Assembly (NCBI GenBank): GCA_905178155.1
Contig: CAJINV010000021.1
Span: 669,530 to 733,529, forward strand
Length of the DNA: 64,000 nucleotides
Reading direction: 5' to 3'
From: Amoebophrya sp. A120
Taxonomy: Eukaryota > Protista > Dinoflagellata
The translations under genes were made by a program, and so were the position numbers. Below are positions 58,601-64,000 of this stretch, in pieces; position 1 is the stretch's first letter, and each line of letters starts with the position of its first letter. Below the pieces are notes generated by a model, which worked only from the letters and a program-made list of their open reading frames with translations, made no database searches and had not been told where the DNA came from.

Positions 58601-61600
58601 AAGACTGCACCTGGCTCGAGAGAGGATTGTCTTGTTGGTTCAAATTCCCGGACGAGGTTATTCCCGACGTGAGAAGTCTTTTCCGTTTCCCGAAGCTGTT
58701 CATCTCTTTCAGGCGCTGGTCCATGATTTCGCGCAGCTGGGCGTCCCGCACTTTCGTGTCTCGCTCCTCCCGGTCGCGGTGGCTCTCCAGCAGCCTCTCC
58801 AACCCGACAGACTTCATTTGCCGCAGGTCGTAGCCGTCGTAGACGGAGAGGCCGCGCCGCTGGAATTCCTTCATCTCCTTTTTCTGCTTGTCGCTCAATT
58901 TTCCCACCGAAATGTTGGTCGCCGAGATGCAGTTGCCCTTGTAGGCCTGGTTCACGAAGTAAGCGACCTTCTGAAGGTACTCCAGGTCGGGGAAGTAGTC
59001 CAGATTGTTCGCCGCGGTGGTGTCCTTATTCTCGTTGGAAGTAGGCTGCGCGACCGCCTCTACTGCGGCTGCCGGTTTTTCTTTGGTTATTTCGTCATTG
59101 TTCTCCTTCTGTGGTTGTGCATCTGGGTTTTCGGTGGGCTTTGGCGGTTTGGATTTCTCATTACCTTCATCCCCGTCGGACCAGTCGTTTTCTTCCTTTG
59201 TGCCTTGCTCGCGATTTATTTCCTCTCCCGCGTTTTTACCAGCGTCTCCACCCTGTTGCCCTTGCGCAGCAGAAGTCTTGTCGTCCTTCTTCATCTCACC
59301 AACCGCTCCCTCCTCGCGCGCAGCAGATGTTGGCGCTGTCATTTCAACGTCGAATGTGGGAGGTCCCTCTGACGTCGTGATCCCGCCTCCAGGTGGCATC
59401 GCGTTTGGATCGTCCGGCCGCTTCAGCAGTCGCTTCCACTTGTTCTTAAAGTACTTCTCATACGCGCCGAACAACGATTTGTGGGCGGAGAGCAGCAGTG
59501 GCAGCGAGGGTCGGCCGTTCGGCAGGAAAATCGGGTATTTGCGTCCCTCGGGGTTCAGGAAGCAGTCACCGGAAAGCTCCGACGTTTTACTGGAGGGTTC
59601 CTGTCCGTCGAAACAGCGATAGAAAAGAGCGGTACCGCCGCCGTTTTTCTCAGACGCGTTCAGTATCTTATTGGTGCACCAGTCTGTTACCTGTGCATGG
59701 GTATTGAATCAAGATCAAAAATGTTTGATCTCACAATCCACACCCAGGACCGAGGAGGGCGAGGGCCTGCTTTATTTACAACAGACGGAGAGATTCAAAT
59801 AATTGACGTCATCAGTTTCAGTAGTGCTAGTGAATAGATTCAGAATGGATGCATAAAGACAGTCAGCACCTTGTCCGGTAACGCCAAATTCTTTATCGGC
59901 TTGAACTGGGCTTTCATTTTTGGCCCAGTTCCTGCCTTGCCCTTTGCTTTAGGCATGATGAGCTGTTCCTCGTCCTCGGCCTCGTTGTCTTTTTTCGGTT
60001 CCGAAAGGAAAACGACATAATCCGCGGTGATGTGGCCGAGCATGTTTATCAGCAGCTTCCTTATCTCCTTGGCCTGCTTTTCGGTCATCAGGCCCTTGGC
60101 GTAGGTTATCACGTGAGCGGGGCAATGGCGCGAAACTTCGGCTGGTTTCGAGATCCTTTCCGCGTCTTCTGCTTCGCGACACTGCAGGTCTTTCACGCGA
60201 TCCTCCCCGGCCGGACTGCTGCGCACCTTGGACATTCGTTTCGAGCGCTGGGCCTTTCTCTTTTTCTTGGATGGCACGTCAGAATCCTCCTCGCTGTCTT
60301 CATCGTCGTCCGATTGCGAGGAGGCTGCACTACTGGTTGGGCCGTCGTCCACAACTGGCACTGGCCGTTCGTCCGGGTCGTTGTATTTTTCCGTTGGAAA
60401 GGTCATTGCGAAATTTTGCAGAAGCTTCAACACGTCCTCTGCAGTCGGAGCACCGTCGTCGTCGTTGATGTCCATATCGTCCGGAGGGGGGAAATAAAAC
60501 AAAACTCCCTTGTACGCTGTGGTGTTCAAATATATCGAATATAGCAGATTTTTTTCTTTCTTCTATCCCACGATCACGATAAACGAGAACAACATCGAAA
60601 CTGGCACATAAGATCATGCTTTTCGCAGTAGACGAGTCCTCAAAGTCTGTAGCTCCTGATGTTCGAGTGATGTCAGCAATGACTACCTTTTGTGTACGTC
60701 CGTAAGCGGTCGAGACTGTCTTGTTCCTTTGTCCGCTGCTCAATCAGCGCCGTGCGCTCCTTCTTCCACTTTTTGTCCATTTTGGTCTTCGCGCGCTTCT
60801 TTTTCCTCTGTGCACGCTCCGTGCTGGTTTCCTCAAAAAGCCCATCCAGCGACTCCGAGTCACTCGAGGCGGAGGCGTAGTCAGCGTCTGCCTCATCGTC
60901 GTCGTCGGCTTCTTCTTCGGCAGACGAATCCTCTTCCGAGGACGCATCGCTATCGTCGTCAGAGTCATCCTGTTTTGCTGCCGCCGCCCGGTTTTTCGCG
61001 TTTATTGCGGCCTGCCGCTGCGGTCTCTGCTTCGCGGCCGCTTTCCCTCTCGCCGCCTTTGGCGCCCCCGCGGCTTTTTTTGCCATTTTCGCAGGTCCTC
61101 TGCCGGAGGTACTGTAGCTGTTGCTCCCGTCCTCAACATTGTCCGCGTTGAAAAAGTCGTTCAGCTCGTCCAGGTCCATCCCCACAGAAGATTGCCGTGC
61201 AGTTCCAGCATTTATTTGACCTTCAGCAGCGGGACCATCTTCAAGTGTTGGGTTGTCAAACTGAAGGTCGAGCCCGATGTCGCCGAAAAGGTCCAGCATG
61301 TCGTCCATCTTGCCATCATCGTTTTCCAGATCCGTGAAAGTGTTGCCAAGCGATGTCTTATTCCCGCCGGTCGTCGTTGTGGGCTTGATCCGCTTGGCAG
61401 AGTTGTTCTTCTTGACCTTGAGGACCTTGTCGTCATCATCATCGTCGCTCAACGCGCCCGCCGGCCTTCTCTTGTTATTCGCCCCTGGCAGGTCTGCTAT
61501 GACGGGGCCAGAACTGCTCGGACTGGCCTGCAGGGGCAGAGCCGCTGGAGTTGTTGGCGCCTGCGGGAGATCGAGATCGTCACCCGCCGCTTCTTCCCCT

Positions 61601-61776
61601 TCTTCGCCGTCCCAAAGATCGCCATATTTCAGGTCGGGCTCCTGTTGCGACGCGCCTTCCCCGACGGACTTCGACTGCTCCAGTGCCTGCGCCGCATCTT
61701 GTTCGGCGAGGTTCGCTTTGGCTTTCTGCCGAAGTCTGTCCCGCAGCGGCCCGCTTTTTGAGGACTGGCTAGGCAT
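52632..61776 (-). CDS. Very large acidic/basic low-complexity nuclear-type protein, probably one gene of ~11 exons; weak resemblance of the C-terminus to Mrc1/Claspin
   Basis: Co-oriented ORFs from 61776 to 52632. Frames were verified across five introners (57511, 57258, 56267, 55901, 53572). Other junctions were not resolved, so it could be two genes. Confidence 0.6.
53572..53776. mobile_element. Introner/MITE, degenerate family E-like
   Basis: TSD tcgtc at 53567-53571 and 53777-53781. TAT...ATA ends and internal ttgtcatgc copies. Removing 210 nt gives EEDERDDSEL. Confidence 0.8.
55901..56166. mobile_element. Introner/MITE, family B
   Basis: TSD ggcat at 55896-55900 and 56167-56171. TIR gcaaaaatgtctgggtctggaagatt / aatcttccagacccagacatttttgc. 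Removing 271 nt gives RIKMPPPKPP. Confidence 0.92.
56267..56437. mobile_element. Introner/MITE, family A
   Basis: TSD gtcgt at 56262-56266 and 56438-56442. Removing 176 nt gives QEDDLEQLIL. Confidence 0.88.
57258..57414. mobile_element. Introner/MITE, family A
   Basis: TSD tcttc at 57253-57257 and 57415-57419. Removing 162 nt gives AAAKKMASKI. Confidence 0.9.
57511..57680. mobile_element. Introner/MITE, degenerate family F
   Basis: TSD cgact/tgact at 57506-57510 and 57681-57685. Internal gcatcacaaattt and tttgtcatgc. Removing 175 nt (or 181 nt) restores the frame. Confidence 0.8.
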
Positions 61777-62453
61777 TCTGCTTTACTTGTTCATGTGGAT
61801 AGAAAATAACAAAAAGAACAAAATAATACCACAACACTATCTACACACTCTGATTTCACAACATGAGCAAGCTAAACCTCCATTTCGTAGTTCTAGGTAC
61901 GTCCACTTCCACAACATCGAAAGTCATATACGAACAAAACGTCAGAGCAAGATTTGCCGGTCGCTTGCAGTACATCACCAAAACAGAGAAGAACCTAGAA
62001 GCGGTAGCAGAAAACGGCACTATACGAAACACGTTTTGGGTTGCTATCTTTCTGACGCAGGCACAGCTTCTCTTCACTGCATGATACGGGAAACAATATA
62101 TCTCAACAGGGGGCAACATTTTTTGTGCTAGCGCACATCTCTTCTTCCTGCTATTTTGGTCTGCTCCTTTACTCGGACTCGTTGTCGTTCAACTTCTCAC
62201 GCAAACGAGGAAAAAACAATCGATGCAGGCAGAACTACCGTGAACACTATCACAAAACAAATCGATCTTGCTTTGCCAGCTGGTGGTGTGCTAGCTGTAG
62301 CTCTTACCACCGTTTGTTTTTCCATATGTCTGTTCAGAAAAAGATATGCTCACATGTAACAAACAGATGATCCAAGCGATGGCGCTTTTGCATCAACAGG
62401 GCGATTACATAATTCATCGCCACCTCTTCATTTTTTTGCCAGTACAACAATCC

Positions 62454-63825
62454 TTAGCCACTTTTCAGCATTTGCACGGCCATGGCGCATTTTTGTGAAA
62501 TTTCCTGCAGTGCGCGCTCGAACAGCACTTCCGCCGGAATTTGGCCGATGGTCTCAATGCGGAAGAGAAAGTGGTCCTTCACCTTCTGCAACTTCACCTT
62601 CCCCGGCACCCCTCTCTCCGGGTCGATGCATTCCCGGCAAGTCGTGCAGTCGCGCACGTTCGCCACCACGGCTTTTCTTCTCTTGCCCGTAAAGTCCTCC
62701 ATATCCGGTTCCACTGCGAAAACGCCGGGCGGACAGCAGGCGGCCAGCTTGTCCGCTTCCTCGTCGTACACCGGCTCGGTAAGTGTGATCTTCGGCATCA
62801 GGCGATACCTGATTTGCAGTAGTTATGCGTTTCTCTATCATGCATGCTCTGCAATACAAATGTGAGCACATGCTTTCTCACGCGTTTATTGCATGTCAAA
62901 TTCTATTAGCGTTATTCAATCATCTTTTGGTCGTGATGTGATCATACTACTAGACTGCTATACCATGCCGTCCCGACGGGCGAAAATTTGGCGTGGTCTT
63001 TACCCTGCCCCTTCTGCGCCCAGCACTCGAGGAAGATCTCCTGATTTTTCGCTAGCCTCGCGATAATGATGTCATCGTGCAGTGGTCGTGGCGGGTTGTT
63101 CTTGAAGTGTTCCTTCTCTAAATCGTCTGCTGGTCTCCACTCTAAATCTCCGGAATAAACCGTCAAATCGCTGTCCTTGCACTTCGCGTGCAGCTGAAAG
63201 TGCACTTGCGTCGGCTTCAGGCAGCCGTCCGGTCGCTCCTCACCAGGCCTCTCCCAGCTGATGAGGTTTATATGGAGAAATTGGATATCGATCGTTCTAC
63301 GCAGAATAGATACAACCCTATGCTATGATTTTTCAGAAGATACGTACTCCTAGTACACAATACTCCTCACACTTATGATCATGCTTTATGCTACGTAAAA
63401 ATGCTGGCATCAATTGCAAAACAACAACTTCTATACTCCATCTCCAGTGGGTCAATTTTGAGTGGTATGAGCCCCAGCCGATGCGCGACGTATTCGTCGT
63501 GCAGTACCCCGGTATTTTGGTAGATCATGACCTTCTCGATCGCGACCCCGGGAATCTCCGCGATCAAACACCGTCTTAACGCGTTCGCGAGCGGTGGATC
63601 GGCGCCGATGAGGTCGAACTCAATCGCATCCTCCTCGATTTTCTTGATCTCGATGCTGCAATTTCGCTGAAACTTTTGGATGTCGAAGGAATTGTCGTAC
63701 CCGAGACTGTTAAAGGACGCGGCGGACTCGTAGCAATTCACGTTATTCGCCTTGTGCTGGTCCAGGGTGAGGTACCGCTTGTGGTCCTCAATATTCAGGG
63801 AGCTATTGCTGGGAGAGGACGACAT
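62454..63825 (-). CDS. POLR1C: DNA-directed RNA polymerases I and III subunit AC40 (RPAC1/RPC40), three exons
   Basis: Motifs IEFDLIGADPPLANALRRCLIAEIP, NTGVLHDEYVAHRLGLIPL, DIIIARLAKNQEI, GKDHAKFSPVGTAWYRLMP, CCPPGVF, RDCTTCREC and DHFLFRIETIG. Both introns can be read as GT-AG. Confidence 0.95.
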
Positions 63826-64000
63826 TTTGATGTGCCTATACCGGCGGTAGTACAAAAGAATCAGAAACCTTGGTAGCTTCAAAGTGACATAAAACGATAA
63901 TGGAATCGTGTAGTTGCAAATGGCGATAAAGGTTTGCAAACCAATGAAGAAGAAAGAAGTAATTTATCGAGACGTCTATCTACGTTTGACTTTGAGAGCT

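Noticed and set aside
57601-62131. Long plus-strand ORFs, here and throughout the window
   Set aside because: They are antisense shadows of minus-strand exons, with no independent protein signal.
63258-63436. First POLR1C intron as non-canonical
   Set aside because: An in-frame GT-AG solution exists (EMD|WERP), so no unusual splicing is needed.

Overview
Eukaryotic, intron-containing genomic DNA. About 15 protein-coding loci are present and every credible one lies on the minus strand. Recognisable products are eIF3 subunit B, RNA polymerase I/III subunit AC40 (RPAC1/RPC40), a CMGC/CDK-like kinase, a greatly expanded mitochondrial carrier, an EF-hand protein, a Methyltransf_24-type SAM methyltransferase and an STPG/SHIPPO-repeat protein, plus several large low-complexity proteins. 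The unidirectional gene array, a relic dinoflagellate spliced leader and many non-canonical introns suggest a parasitic syndinian dinoflagellate such as Amoebophrya (inference). The main signal is a system of at least 19 short (109-266 bp) MITE-like introner elements inserted in coding exons. They fall into about 6 terminal-inverted-repeat families but share one grammar: a 5-bp target-site duplication, TAT...ATA/ATG termini and multiple copies of an internal GCAT(G/T/C)ACAAA motif. Removing an element plus one TSD copy restores the reading frame in every case, yet only 2 of 19 can be read as GT-AG or GC-AG. A separate ~3.1-kb GC-rich intergenic element has degenerate TIRs, a flanking direct repeat and a near-perfect 36-bp hairpin almost exactly at its centre. 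Exon boundaries were inferred by eye, without RNA data.
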